Source of the DNA: Octopus sinensis
Taxonomy: Eukaryota
Reading direction: 5' to 3'
Assembly: GCF_006345805.1 (NCBI RefSeq)
Contig: NC_042999.1
Location: forward strand, 40,920,001-40,984,000
Length of the DNA stretch: 64,000 nucleotides
In this document: piece by piece, positions 40,185-53,086 of the stretch
Numbering within the stretch: position 1 is the first letter of the stretch
Layout: the number at the start of each line of letters is the position of its first letter
Translations under genes and position numbers: made by a program
Notes under the pieces: generated by a model
What the model was told of the DNA's origin: nothing
Databases searched by the model: none
The model's input: only the letters and a program-made list of their open reading frames with translations

Positions 40185-40685
40185 GATATATATATATATA
40201 TATATATGTATAACTATACGTGTATATACTTTATGTACGTGCGTGTGCTGCATAACTCTGGTGGGAGTTGCAATTAAGCGAAATATGGTAATCAGTATGT
40301 GAAACAGAAATAATACATACAAACAGATATATAGTATATATATAAGTATATATATATATATATGAATGTATATGTATATGTATGAGTATAATATATATAT
40401 ATGTATATATACATATGTATGTGTATAATAGCCCCTTGTGGGTAGTAAAGAAATATATATATGTATGAGTATATACGTATATATATATATGTGTGTGCAT
40501 ATATATATATATATATGTATGTGTATATATGTATATATATGTATGTGTATATATGTAGATATATGTATGCATAATGTATATTTCTATGTATGTATATATG
40601 TATGCATGTATGTATATGTATGTATGTATATGCATGTATATATATATATATATATATATACATATATATCACATACACACACACT
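39840..40685. repeat. Degenerate (TA)n/(TATG)n region containing an orphan ~25-nt SINE-B tail
   Basis: AT dinucleotide-rich sequence with tagccccttgtgggtagtaaagaaata at ~40429-40455. Confidence 0.85.
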
Positions 40686-41006
40686 TTTGAGATGTGTTCA
40701 TAATAAGGTATTTTTTCTTGTAAACAAAATGTTTGTGTACATGGTTATTTGGCTCTTCAGCCATGTGTGTGTCTACTTGCACATGCTAATCGCATCTGTG
40801 TCGCATCTGTATGTATCGGTACATATAAACACGTAGTGAGTTACAACGAACTTAGAGAGGAAACAAAACCGGTTAAAGGAAGCTTGCAGCATCAACCAGT
40901 GTTACCCGCTAATACATAAAGGGACGTGTTTCTCAGGTGTTGCTGCACACGTCATGCTTGAGAATGACAAAAGATTTCTTTTTCCTCAATCGGTAAATCC
41001 ACGACG

Positions 41007-41397
41007 AGTGGAGGCGCAATGGCCCAGTGGTTAGGGCAGCGGACTCGCGGTCATAGGATCGCGGTTTCGATTCCCAGACCGGGCGTTGTGAGTGTTTATT
41101 GAGCGAAAACACCTAAAAAGCTCCACGAGACTCCGGCAGGGGATGGTGGTGATCCCTGCTGTACTCTTTCACCACAACTTTCTCTCACTCTTACTTCCTG
41201 TTTCTGTTGTACCTGTATTTCAAGGGGCCGGCCTTGTCACTCTCTGTGTCTCGCTGAATATCCCCGAGAACTACGTTAAGGGTGCACGTGTCTGTGGAGT
41301 GCTCAGCCACTTACACATTAATTTCACGAGCAGGCTCTTCCGTTGATTCGGATCAACCGGAACCCTCATCGTCGTAACCGACGGAGTGCTTCCATCC
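41007..41397 (+). mobile_element. tRNA-derived SINE family D, full length with 12-bp TSD
   Basis: A box tggcccagtgg, B box gtttcgattcc, tail ..ccgacggagtgcttccatcc. aaatccacgacg occurs at 40995-41006 and 41398-41409. Confidence 0.9.
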
Positions 41398-41494
41398 AAA
41401 TCCACGACGTTTCGATAGTGTTTTTAAATCTTGCGCATGATTACATCTATTTTAAAATACTTTTACTTAGGCACATTATACAGTAATAGGCACC

Positions 41495-41910
41495 GGCGAT
41501 CTTTCGTCTCTAGTAGACCTTTCCGTCGATTTCCGTAAAAAATTTTTTTTTTTTTACATATGGGCTTGCGGGAACTTTTGAAGTAATATATACACATACA
41601 CCGAGTAAAAAATTTCAGTTATCTCTTTCTTTCACGCATTACTCTGTCTCTTCACACACACTAACAGAAGCACTTCACTTACACAACATACTGTCTGTCT
41701 CCCACACCCCATCAACACACACACGCACACACACACATGTACATCAATGCTTGCCATGCACGGTAACTTCAAAAAAACTTCCTCGTCATAAAATGCTTTC
41801 TCTTAGTCTCTTTCGCTCTCATTACTTCAAAAGTTCCCGCAAGCCCATATGTAAAAAAAAAAATTTTTACGGAAATCGACGGAAAGGTCTACTAGAGACG
41901 AAAGATTGCC
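41495..41910. mobile_element. MITE with ~90-bp TIRs and 8-bp TSD (Merlin-like; MULE not excluded)
   Basis: TIR ggcgatctttcgtctctagtagacctttccgtcg..gaagtaat (41495-41587) matches the inverse at 41821-41910. GG..CC termini; taggcacc at 41487-41494 and 41911-41918. Confidence 0.85.
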
Positions 41911-42141
41911 TAGGCACCCACACTCTCTCTCTCTTAGTTTACCTCTCTCAGTCTGTTTCTCTCTCTCACACACACACACACAGATTCGCACTTACACGCT
42001 TTCACGCACACATACATCGAAGCTGTATTTCACTTCATCGTTACTGATATTCTATTCATGTACGGAACTTACAGAGCGGAAAGCAAATATTTCACACTAT
42101 ATGGAAACTTGGCCGCGCGTATCGAGATCCATAGGCTAGCT

Positions 42142-42330
42142 CAGAGCTCCGCAACCTGTATGCCGCGGCACACTCGAGTGCCATGAGACGATGCTAGGTG
42201 TGCCGCAGTGTAACATGAATATAAATTTTTCCCCCCTTATAATCTTAGTTATATTTTTCGTTCAGGTGTGTCTCCCAATATTCAAACGAATATAAGTGTA
42301 CCGCAAGTGTAAAAGGGTTGAGAAGCACTG
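42142..42330. mobile_element. hAT (Charlie-like) MITE
   Basis: Termini cagagctccgcaacc / ggttgagaagcactg. The 8-bp TSD ggctagct / agctagct has a central CTAG. Confidence 0.75.
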
Positions 42331-42676
42331 AGCTAGCTTAGTTTCAGTACACTTCCATGATTATTTTCATTTGTGCTTGTTACCCCTCCGCCATACACAC
42401 ACACACCGCTTGACAACCGGTGCTGGTTTGTTTACGTTCCTGTAATTTACCAGTTCAGTACGATAGCTCAAGTAACAGGCTGATAAATATCTGGCTGCAG
42501 ACAAATGTCTTTAAAACAAGTAAAAGATTAAAGATTAACATGTATGAATATTTACTTACATATGAAAATCAAAATAATGATCATGAAGACTAAATATATA
42601 ATGCATGTGTTTAATTGGCAAAATACGACCATCCCCAAGTATAACAATATCTGTTTCAACACACGATCAGAAATCT

Positions 42677-42814
42677 TGGCTGTGTGATAAGTAGCTTGCT
42701 TACGAACCACATGGTTCCGAGTTCAGTGTCTTCTACTATAGCCTCGGGCCGACCAAAGCCTTGTGAGTGGATTTGGTAGACGGAAACTGAAAGATACCCG
42801 TCGTATATATGTAT

Positions 42815-42891
<77 letters not shown>

Positions 42892-43105
42892 GTATGTTTG
42901 TGTGTTTGTGTTTATCCTCCCAACATCGCTTGACAACTGATGCTGATGTGTTTACCTCCCCGTAACTTAGCGGTTCGCAAAAGAGACTGGTAGAATAAGT
43001 ATTAGGCTTACAAAGAATAAATTGTGGGGTGGATTTGCTCGACTAAAGGTGGTGCTCCAGCATAGCCGCAGTCAAATGACTGAGACAAGTAAAAGAGTAA
43101 AAGAA
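42677..43105 (+). mobile_element. SINE family A copy
   Basis: Family consensus with a small deletion after the B box; internal (TA)n. Confidence 0.85.
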
Positions 43106-43663
43106 TATGTATGTATGTGTGTGTGTGTGTACAAATTACATACTCTTAAGGAAATAAAGTTCTTACCGCAGCAGCAAAGTATAAATAAATGAACTTGAAA
43201 ATGCACTTGGAATCTTTAGGGAGATTTTTTTCTATATATTGATTTGACTGTTTTCACAATTTCAAAAGTAGTGTGACCTGGAGCTACCTATCCTGTACTC
43301 TTTCGCCTTTGACCGCAAATTTGAAAACTGTGTGTGTATGTATGTATGTATATATATATATATATATATACACACCTACGTAAGCACTTTCGTAAAACAC
43401 ATGCGCATGCATTGGCCCCATTCCCCATCCTCTTCCTTCATCATTGCAAATAATATTCGTTTGGTTGAGATTGTCCATGCCGCTCGCTAAGAGAATATTC
43501 TTCATTTCCGAAGTAGAAAGTAAAGAGTGTACTAATTCTTTAGGCGCCAACAGCAATTAAGGGATATCTGCAGGGGGTGCAACAACGTTTATTAGCCAAG
43601 AATGTCGCCAAAGCAAATTCTGAAGATCCAGTTTTCGGTGAAACGACTATGATGCTGGTGTCT

Positions 43664-43696
<33 letters not shown>

Positions 43697-44259
43697 CTTG
43701 AAGTCGTGGCGATAATAGTAGCAGTAATTGAACTAATAATAATAATAATAATAATAATAATGATAATAATAATGATAATGATAATAATAATAATGATAAT
43801 AATAATAATGGTGATGATGACAATAATGATAATAGTTTCAAATGTTGGCACAAGGCCAGCAGTTTCGGGGGTAGCCAATTTTATCGAACCCAGTACAAGA
43901 CCGGCACTTATTTTATCGATCTCGAGAAGATGGAAGGCAAAATCGACCTCGGCGGAATTTGAACTCAGAACATAAAACGCTTAATTATTTTTCTTAAAGT
44001 GAAATAATTACATGAAAATAGAGTGAAGACTTCTCCGAATGAGATCCTAGATTAATTGCACACAGGGAAAAGATAGCCTTCGTAACAGTATTAGGCAAAG
44101 CAATATGCGCCCCCTAGAGTCGCGGGGCCTCTGAGCAACTGTCCACTATGCATTTGCTTTAAAATGTCGCTTCGAAGATCATGGTTAGAACTCTTTTGAC
44201 CATGTGGTCACTTTTCCAGCACAGATGTGGAAGTGGGGTGGTGATTATCAACAAACAAA

Positions 44260-44480
44260 ACGGTGAGCTGGCAGAAACGTTAGAACGCCGGGCGAAATGC
44301 TTAGCGGCATTTCGTATGTCTTGACGTTCTGAGTTCAAACTCCACCGAGGTAGACTTCGCCTTTCATCCTTTCGGGATCGATAAATTAAGTACCACTTGC
44401 GTACTGGGGTGAATCTAATCTTCTGGGCCCCCTTCCCAAAAATTTCGGGCCCTGTGCCTAGAGTAGAAAAGAATAATTAT
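44260..44480 (+). mobile_element. SINE family B monomer (alternative tail)
   Basis: cggtgagctggcagaaacgttag..aaaatttcgggccctgtgcctagagtagaaaagaataattat. Confidence 0.85.
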
Positions 44481-45489
44481 TACATCATCAGTAACTAGAG
44501 CAGTAAACAAATAGCGAATCGATATGAATGAAATAAGGCACCTAGCTAAGAAGCTTCCTTGAAATAATAATGTTTCAAATTTTGGCACAAAGTCAGTAAT
44601 GTTGAGTTCGAAGGTTAGGCGTCACCATCGACCCTGCAAGATAAACGGAAAGTTGACCTCGGCGGTGTTTGAACTCAGAACATTTAGAATCGAGAAAAAT
44701 TGTTGGTAACTGTTTTGTTTGACGCTTAAAGGATTCTGACAGGTCGATTCATTAATACTAATAATAATGGTTTCATCTTTTGGATCAAGGCCAGCAGTTT
44801 GAGATGGGGGCAAATCGATTACATCGACGCCACTGCTTAAGTGGTACTTACTTGAATGACCCCGAAAGGATGAAAAGCAAAGGATAAAATGCAAAGTCAA
44901 ACGGAATGTAAAACTAGAATAAATGTCGCTAAACTTTCTGTCCGACGCGATAATGATTCTGTCAGTTTGCCGTCATAATGATACAAACAACAACAACAAT
45001 AATAATAATGACCCCAGTGTTTCACTGGTACTTAAATTATCGACCCTGAAATGGTGAAAGGCAAAGTTGTCCTCGGCGGAATTTGAACACAGAATGTAAA
45101 GACGGACGAAATGCCGCTAAGCATTTTATCCCGGCATGCTAACGATTCTGCCAGCTCGCCAGTTTAACAATTTTAGTAATAATAATGAAAATAATAATAA
45201 TTGATTCAAATTTTAGTACAAAGCGCAGGAGTTGCTGTGTGGTAAGTAGCTTGCTTACCAACCACTTAGTTCCGGGTATATGTTTGTGGTCTGTGTTTCT
45301 CCCCCCCACCAACATCGCTTGACAACCGATGTTGGTGTGTTTACGGCAAAAGAGAACGATAGAATAAGTACTAGGCTTCCAAAGAATAAGTCCTGGGGTC
45401 GATTTGCTCGACTAAAGGTGGTGCTCCAGCATGGCCGCAGGCAAATGCCCGAAACTAGTAAAAGAGAAAGAGAAAGCCAGCAGCTTCGC

Positions 45490-46238
45490 GAGAAGGGAGA
45501 ATTTAAGTCGATTACATTAATCCCAGTTTTTTAAATTGGTACATAATTTTATCGACCCCGAAAGAATGAAAGGCAAATTCGACCTCGGCGGAATTTGAGC
45601 ACGGAACGTATAGACGAACGAAGTACCACTGAGTATATATCTCTTTATTGCCCACAAGGGGCTAAACATAGAGGGGACAAACAAGAACAAAGGGATTAAG
45701 TCGATTACATCGACCCCAGTGCGAAACTGGTACTTTATTTATCGACCCCGAAAGGATGAAAGGTAAAGTCGACCTCGGCGGAATTTGAACACGGAACGTT
45801 TAGACGAACGAAGTACCACTAAGTATATATTTCTTTATTGCCCACACGGGGCTAAACATAGAGGGGACAAACAAGAACAAAGGGATTAAGTCGATTACAT
45901 CGACCCCAGTGCGAAACTGGTACTTTATTTATCGACCCCGAAAGGATGAAAGGCAAAGTCGACCTCGGCGGAACTTGAACCCAGAACGTAGCGGCAGCCG
46001 AAATAACTATTTCTTTATTACCTACAAGGGGCTAAACATAGAGGGGACAAACAAGGACAGATATAGGTATTAAGTCGATTACATCGACCCCAGTGCGTAA
46101 CTGGTACTTATTTAATCGACCCCGAAAGGATGAAAGGCAAAGTCGACCTCGGCGAAATTTGAACTCAGAACGTAACGGCAGACGAAATACGGCTACGCAT
46201 TTCGCCCTGCGCGCTAACGTTTCTGCCAGCTCGCCGCC
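45490..46238 (-). mobile_element. SINE family B multimer (one head, four bodies)
   Basis: atcgaccccgaaag recurs at ~45551, 45741, 45931 and 46115 (period 190/190/184). A single head lies at 46195-46238. Confidence 0.85.
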
Positions 46239-46936
46239 CTCTTAGTATATTCCCCCAGCGTGCTAACGATTTTATCAAGCTTATTAGGATAATAACGATA
46301 ATTATAAAATGATAACTATTGAAAATGAGTATTGGAATTATGATTATTGCCAGATAATTTTCAATAGACTTCTACAAAAATTTAAGATAGCGGCTTGCAC
46401 CTGTTTTGTTATGCTTGTTAAATTTAATTTCAATTCATTTGCAGCTGTTGTAACTGCCTTTGATGTAATGTAAAATCAGTGCCGCATTTGATTGTGTCTA
46501 TCTTATTTATTCATTTATAGATACAAGCATGTCTGTGTGGTTCTTATTATGTTCGCTTCATAGCAATGTCGTTTCGGGTTCGTTCCCAAGTTGTATCTAG
46601 AGTAATTCGTTGTTTTTATTTATCAATTGTTGTATACTGTTGTATACACGCTTCCTGTCCTGTGTATATAAGGACACAGGAAAAATGTGTCAAAGCCACC
46701 AGGAAGCGTCGATGCTTCCTAGGGCTAAACAGCGGTGGTGTAACCCCCTACTGTCACGTTCACGTTAGACTGACAGTATACAACCATTCTATCGCCCCAC
46801 CACCGTACATATCTCTATGAGAGATTTAGAAATTTAATATTTCTGATATTTATTAATTATTTTTTTTTTACCGTATCTCTGTGCTGATTAATATTTTGTG
46901 AGTGAATTTGGTAGACGCAAAGCATTCTGAAGCCCG

Positions 46937-46978
<42 letters not shown>

Positions 46979-47083
46979 GGTTTGGCTTACGTCCGTATTT
47001 TCTAAGACGTGTGTGTCAGAATTTGAGAAAATTCTCCAAAGGTCCGGAATTTCAGCTTCCCTTAGTTAAAAACCTATAATATA

Positions 47084-47600
47084 TGGGTCAGTAGTTAGAG
47101 CATCGACATCACAATTATGAGGTAGTGAGTTCGAATCCCGGACTGAGCTGTGTTCTTGGGCAAGGCACTTTATTTACGTTGCTCCAGTTCACTCAGTTGT
47201 AGAAATGAGTTGCGACATCACTCGTGCCAAGTTGTATCGGCCTTTGCCATTTCCGTTGGATAACATCGGTGACATAGAGAGGGGAGACGGGTATGCATGG
47301 GCGACTGTTGGTCTTCCTTAAACAACCTTGTCGGGACTTGTGCCTGAGTGGGTTGCGGTTAAGTTTCTAGGTGCAATTTCATGGTCATTCGTGACCGAAG
47401 TGGGTCTTCAATATATGAGCAAAACATTTCATTTCAGGTTGCACCAGTCCACTCAGCTGCAAATGAGTAACCCTACGATACGATAGAGTAGCCTTCTTAT
47501 CAGGGGGAATGTTGGCCTGGTCGCCTGGCCAGCAGGGTGGCATCATTGGACAGCAAGAACGATGCGACATGCATTGTGACCAGCAATGTATAACAACATT
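47084..47600 (+). mobile_element. Two adjacent CORE-type SINE copies with different tails
   Basis: Head gggtcagtagttagagc..gagttcgaatccc, then CORE and the tail shared with 4204-4497. A second CORE (ccagtccactcagctgcaaatgagtaaccc) follows with the tail shared with 57730-57870. Confidence 0.7.
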
Positions 47601-47667
47601 CCCTACTCAATACCATCATATATATATATAAAAGATTGGATCACTTTTAACTCCCGCTGTCGGTTGG

Positions 47668-47722
<55 letters not shown>

Positions 47723-48514
47723 TGGCAAAGCACACCGGCGTTGCACGGGTGTTATGACCTCCAGCCACATTGTATTGTTTGTTCCTTTCTTATAGGCAGA
47801 ATCGGCACACGAGGAGTATGAAGCAAACAAGTCTTCTTTAGAAACATGTTTATCTGTTATTATCTGATGAACAAAGCTGTGGTTTCCGTGTACCAAATTC
47901 TGTCATAAGTCTTTGGTTGGCCTAGGACTATAATAGAAATGTCTTGCCAGGGTATCATGCAGAGGGACTGAACGTGGAACCATGAGGTAGGGAAGCAAAC
48001 TTCTCAACCACACAGTCAATCTTGCAGCTAATATGTGTGTGTGTGTTTGCTTGCATGTGTGTGTGCGCGCGCGTGCGTGTGTTTATGTGTGTTTACATCT
48101 GTTGTCAAATCGAGTATTATGTCCCACTATGTCTCAAAGTTCATCAAGCAGAGATCTATAAAATAAATGCCAGATTGAAATACGTACTGAGATCAGTATG
48201 ATCAATTAAATGTTTTAAGGTGATACCTCATCATGGCGACAGTCGAAGGTCTAAACCCTGTAAAATAATGTTTAAAGACTTGATGGACACAAATTTAAAG
48301 TAATGGATTACTAACCACAGGATAATGAGTTCAAAACTTTCCTTATTGCACTTACATTCTATACAATAACATTATATGTAGATCTCAGTCTACTTGACTT
48401 CCCACAATTAACAGTTGTAATTTGATGTTGAGTGGTTAGTAGTGAAAACGTTGTCCAGACTTCTTTAAAAACAATGTCGTGCAACCTATTCTGAGAAGTA
48501 TTTTTCACCACAAC

Positions 48515-48557
<43 letters not shown>

Positions 48558-49039
48558 GCGTCTCTGTGGTAACTTGAGCTACTACAAATAGCAGCATCCT
48601 TTTATCGAAAGAAAGACACAGATTTACCGTATTTCAGGAAGAAAAATAAGTATGCGATGAGTCTATTACATCAGAGGGAACTCTGGGCTAAACAAAACAC
48701 AGGCAAACATACTCCACATTAAAACATTATCTACTAAATAGTACTAATAACGTTGACGGTATATCTTCGAAGTTTCATTCCCTGGTAAAACTCCATGTTT
48801 TTTAAGCACTTTCTCATTATGCTCTAAAAATTGTTCAGGAAGAGTTGCCTCCCATAGCTAAAGACCTCAAAACCGTGCGACCCGACCTCGTTTCCGAAGT
48901 TATTGTAGTAAACAAAAGTTACTGTGCAAGAAACATACTTTATTTGGTTGTCGAAAGATTACTGAATCTCATACGTCAAAATCGGCAACTCAGTTTTCGA
49001 ATCCATAAGGAACACGCCGGCGTGCGCGCCACACACACT

Positions 49040-49255
49040 CTCTGTATAAGATATATAGTTCAAATTTACAGAAAACAAAAGACGAAGACAGGTGAGAGAA
49101 CAACCGGCAGATGTATTAACTTGACGCTCGGGAAGAATGGTAATGTCCTTCGAACCTACGCTTTTCGACAGAAAGGTTTGAGAGGAAAAAACGGAACGAG
49201 AACGAAAGCTGAGAGAGAAAACAAGTATGAAGGGATTAACAGTTCAACCTGTTGA
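49040..49255 (-). mobile_element. Penelope-like short element (same family as 50578-50775)
   Basis: The reverse complement shares cctttctgt.gaa.agcgtagg.tcgaa and cacctgtcttcgtcttttg with the 50.6 kb copy; adjacent (TA)n. Confidence 0.6.
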
Positions 49256-49269
49256 TATATAAATGTATA

Positions 49270-49320
<51 letters not shown>

Positions 49321-49330
49321 GATATATATA

Positions 49331-49367
<37 letters not shown>

Positions 49368-50085
49368 TGAAATTACGATAAACACAAGTTGATATCATTT
49401 GTTGCTGCGTATTATTGTAGTAGTTTTGAACTCTGGAATTGACGTTTCAAGCGTAATTTAATGCTCATTTTTCAACAGATCACCAGGAAACACTTTACGG
49501 CATTATGTTACAAAGAAGACCTGATGTACGCGTGTAAGCGTGTTAGCCTTTCATTGCTTCTGAAGCACTGTTGTATAAAGGGAGGAATCGGCTTGATCGA
49601 CTAAAAACCCTTCACGTGGATGTACCAGCACAGCCGCACTCCCAACAAGCTGAAAGAAATAAGATAATTTTAAAAAGAAACTAATTATATTTATTTTGCT
49701 AATACTGCGGTTTTACTGTTGCTCTTATGAACCAAAGTAAATTTTGCTATGTCCTAATAATAGTACTCTCTATATAGAACAGTCTGTTTTCTCTATCAGT
49801 CTGTCTGTCTACCTAAATCGTACACTTCATTCAAGTTTGCAGTTACCAGTCGTTTTGTTTTCCTGTTTCGCATTTTTGAAATTAAGGCGTAGCTCTGTGA
49901 TAAGATGCTTGCTTCCTAGCCCCATGGTTTTGTGTTGTCTTACTCTGTTGCACCTTAGGCAAATGTCTTTTACTATAACCCTGGCACGATCAAAACCATA
50001 TTTAGTGGATTTGATCGGCGGCAACAGAAAGCAGCACATCGTAAGTGTGTGTGTATATTTATACATACATACATACATACATACA

Positions 50086-50121
<36 letters not shown>

Positions 50122-50133
50122 TAATATATATAT

Positions 50134-50169
<36 letters not shown>

Positions 50170-50525
50170 GGGTGTGGGTGCTGAAAAGTTCCTGGTATTG
50201 GATTAAAGGCAATAAAGGAAGATCAGTTAATTATGATTTTATTCAACTTATTCCTCTCGCAGATTCACACATGTACTGCAACAGTCCTTCATTTTTCTAA
50301 GCCCCGTAAAAGAACTCGGAAGGCAGGGCTTCCAACCAGACCTTTCGCGATATCCTTAAAGCTACGAACTTCCTTGTGTGTATGTGTGTGTGTGTTCGTG
50401 TGAGGGCACGTGGCATAGTGGTTAATGTAATAGGCTCCCGATCGTAAAGTCGTGAATTCGATTGGCGGCGGTACGTTGTATCCTTAAACGAGTTACTTTA
50501 TTTCACTTTGCTCCAGTTCATTCAG

Positions 50526-50577
<52 letters not shown>

Positions 50578-50579
<2 letters not shown>

Positions 50580-50771
50580 ATGATAGATCGTTAGCCACTA
50601 CACACATTTTTTTTCTCTCCTTGTTTCTCTCCTTGCTTTTTCTGTGAACCTTTCTGTAGAAGAGCGTAGGCTCGAAACGTAAAATACTTTTTCTATTCCT
50701 AAGCGTTATACTAATACATATGTTTGTTTTGTACACCACCTGTCTTCGTCTTTTGCTTTTTTCGTAAACTC

Positions 50772-50775
<4 letters not shown>
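50578..50775 (+). mobile_element. (TA)n-flanked Penelope-like short element with degenerate minimal hammerhead
   Basis: ttt-CTGtAGA-a-gagc-gtag-gctc-GAAA-cGTA-aaa at 50651-50684, bounded by (ta)n on both sides. Confidence 0.6.
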
Positions 50776-50822
<47 letters not shown>

Positions 50823-51374
50823 ATAATAATAATAACCTTTGGATGGAATATATAAACATTTAATGCATCGCTACGTGCATTTCCACAGATCACATGTCTC
50901 TTAAGATATTATATTTATTCTGCATAATATCGGTACAGCTTGATGCGACCCCCAAAACAGGTTCACCAATCAGCATCATTAGATTGTGGCCAGCATAATG
51001 GAACAGGAGCTTTATTTACATATTCAAAATGTTTCCCGTAAGCAAACTTGTATGTATGTGTGCGTGCGTGGTAACGCACATTGCATCTTGCATTTTTGTA
51101 AATAATATAAAATAAACACATGTGAATGTGTGTTAGGTGTATGCGCGTATAACTGAGGCAGTTAATTAGATATTGGCGCATTACTCAGTGGAATAGACAC
51201 GTGATTTTGTGCCTATAAAACTCTGTAACAATAGTGAGTGTTCTTAGCTCTCTACTTATAAATATAAACTCTATATAGTTCTCTATAAATTTTCTATAGT
51301 TCTTGTTTTTTCGTTTTATGTACACATATGTGTATGCGTGTGTGTATACACAGATGTAATCATACACACAGACG

Positions 51375-51453
<79 letters not shown>

Positions 51454-52023
51454 TTAATGTACCTTTAGGCGCATAGGGTAAATGAGACAGCTGATATTAT
51501 TTACTTGTTGCAAAATAATCTTCCTATTATGATAAAGAAATGAATAATATATGTACGTGTGTGTGTGTGTGTGTGTGCAGATAGATATATAGATAGATCG
51601 ATCGATCGATAGATAGATAGATAGACAGATTGATAGATTGACAGATAATATTATGTGTGTGTGTGTGTGTGTGTGCAGTTTCATTTTCTTGGGAGCTCTG
51701 TTGTCGATATAATTAATATGGTATTTAGTTTAAGTCTCAGGTATTTGAAAAGCGAAGTCGAACCTGGAGGGGTTTCACTTCAATACGTAAAGGCGCACAA
51801 CTAATTAAAGGCCGAAAGGCATTTTATGACAGAGTCTCTTTCAGGTTTTCTTTCCTATTGTTTTGGATTCGTTCTTCTCAGAAATAATGCTCATAATGTG
51901 TATAAATTCAGTTACATTCAGTGACAAACGCACGCACACACCAACACACATTCACACACATTCGCACACACACAGTCTCAATCACACAATCATAGAGGTT
52001 AGCGTATTTACGCAAACATATAT

Positions 52024-52439
52024 ATTTCTTTACTACCCATAAGGGGCTAAACACAGAGGGGACAAACAAGGACAGACAAAGGGATTAAGTCGATTACATC
52101 GACCCCAGTACGTAACTGGTACTTAATTTATCGACCCCGAAAGGATGAAAGGCAAAGTCGACCTCGGCGGAATTTGAACTCAGAACGTAGCGGCAGACAA
52201 AATACGTATTTCTTTATTACCCACAAGGGGCTAAACATAGAGTGGACAAACAAGGACAGACAAAGGGATTAAGTCGATTACATCGACCCCAGTACGTAAC
52301 TGGTACTTAATTTATCGACCCCGAAAGGATGAAAGGCAAAGTCGACCTCGGCGGAATTTGAACTCAGAACGTAGCGGCAGACAAAATACGGCTACGCATT
52401 TCGCCCGGCGTGCTAACGTTTCTGCCAGCTTGCCGCCTT
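52024..52439 (-). mobile_element. SINE family B dimer with 19-bp TSD
   Basis: One head and two near-identical bodies. tatttacgcaaacatatat occurs at 52005-52023 and 52441-52459. Confidence 0.9.
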
Positions 52440-52616
52440 CTATTTACGCAAACATATATTTGAGGGTTCAGATGTGACTGAGTAGTAAGTAACTTGCTCC
52501 CCAATAACATGGTTCCAATTTCAGAACCACTTTATGCACAAGTGCCTTCTTTTATAGCCCTAGGTTGACCACCACCTTGTGACAGTATCTCTCTCAATCT
52601 CTCTCTCTTTCCCCCC

Positions 52617-52648
<32 letters not shown>

Positions 52649-52649
52649 C

Positions 52650-52710
<61 letters not shown>

Positions 52711-53086
52711 ATATATGTATATTATCATTTACTGTTTTCACAGTTATTGGAGCTGCAGCCATGAGTTGAAACCGCTTTGAAGGGTTTGACTCGGACGAAT
52801 CGACTATAGACTGGTATTTGGGGACGTAAACGAACCAACACCGGTTGTCAAATTTATCAAACGGTATTCGTCCGAGTCAAATCCTTCAAGGCGGTTTCAA
52901 CTCATGGCCGCAGCTCCAATAACAAGAAAACGGTAAATGATAAAATTTACACAGACATTTTATTAACAAGAGCCGGTTCTTACGAATGAGACGGAAGTCC
53001 TTAAACCGGATTTTTTTTTTGTTTGTTTTTGTTACTTGTTACCTCAAACTTCAGAAACACCGTAATACAACATTTAATAACGTCAC

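Noticed and set aside
41007-41085. tRNA gene candidates (also 37836, 47084 and the array heads)
   Set aside because: A/B boxes are present, but I could not form a full cloverleaf and each runs into a SINE body. These are SINE heads.
43577-43975. Hydrophobic poly-V/poly-I ORF
   Set aside because: Made of (GTA)n and (ATA)n tracts running into a SINE-B fragment.
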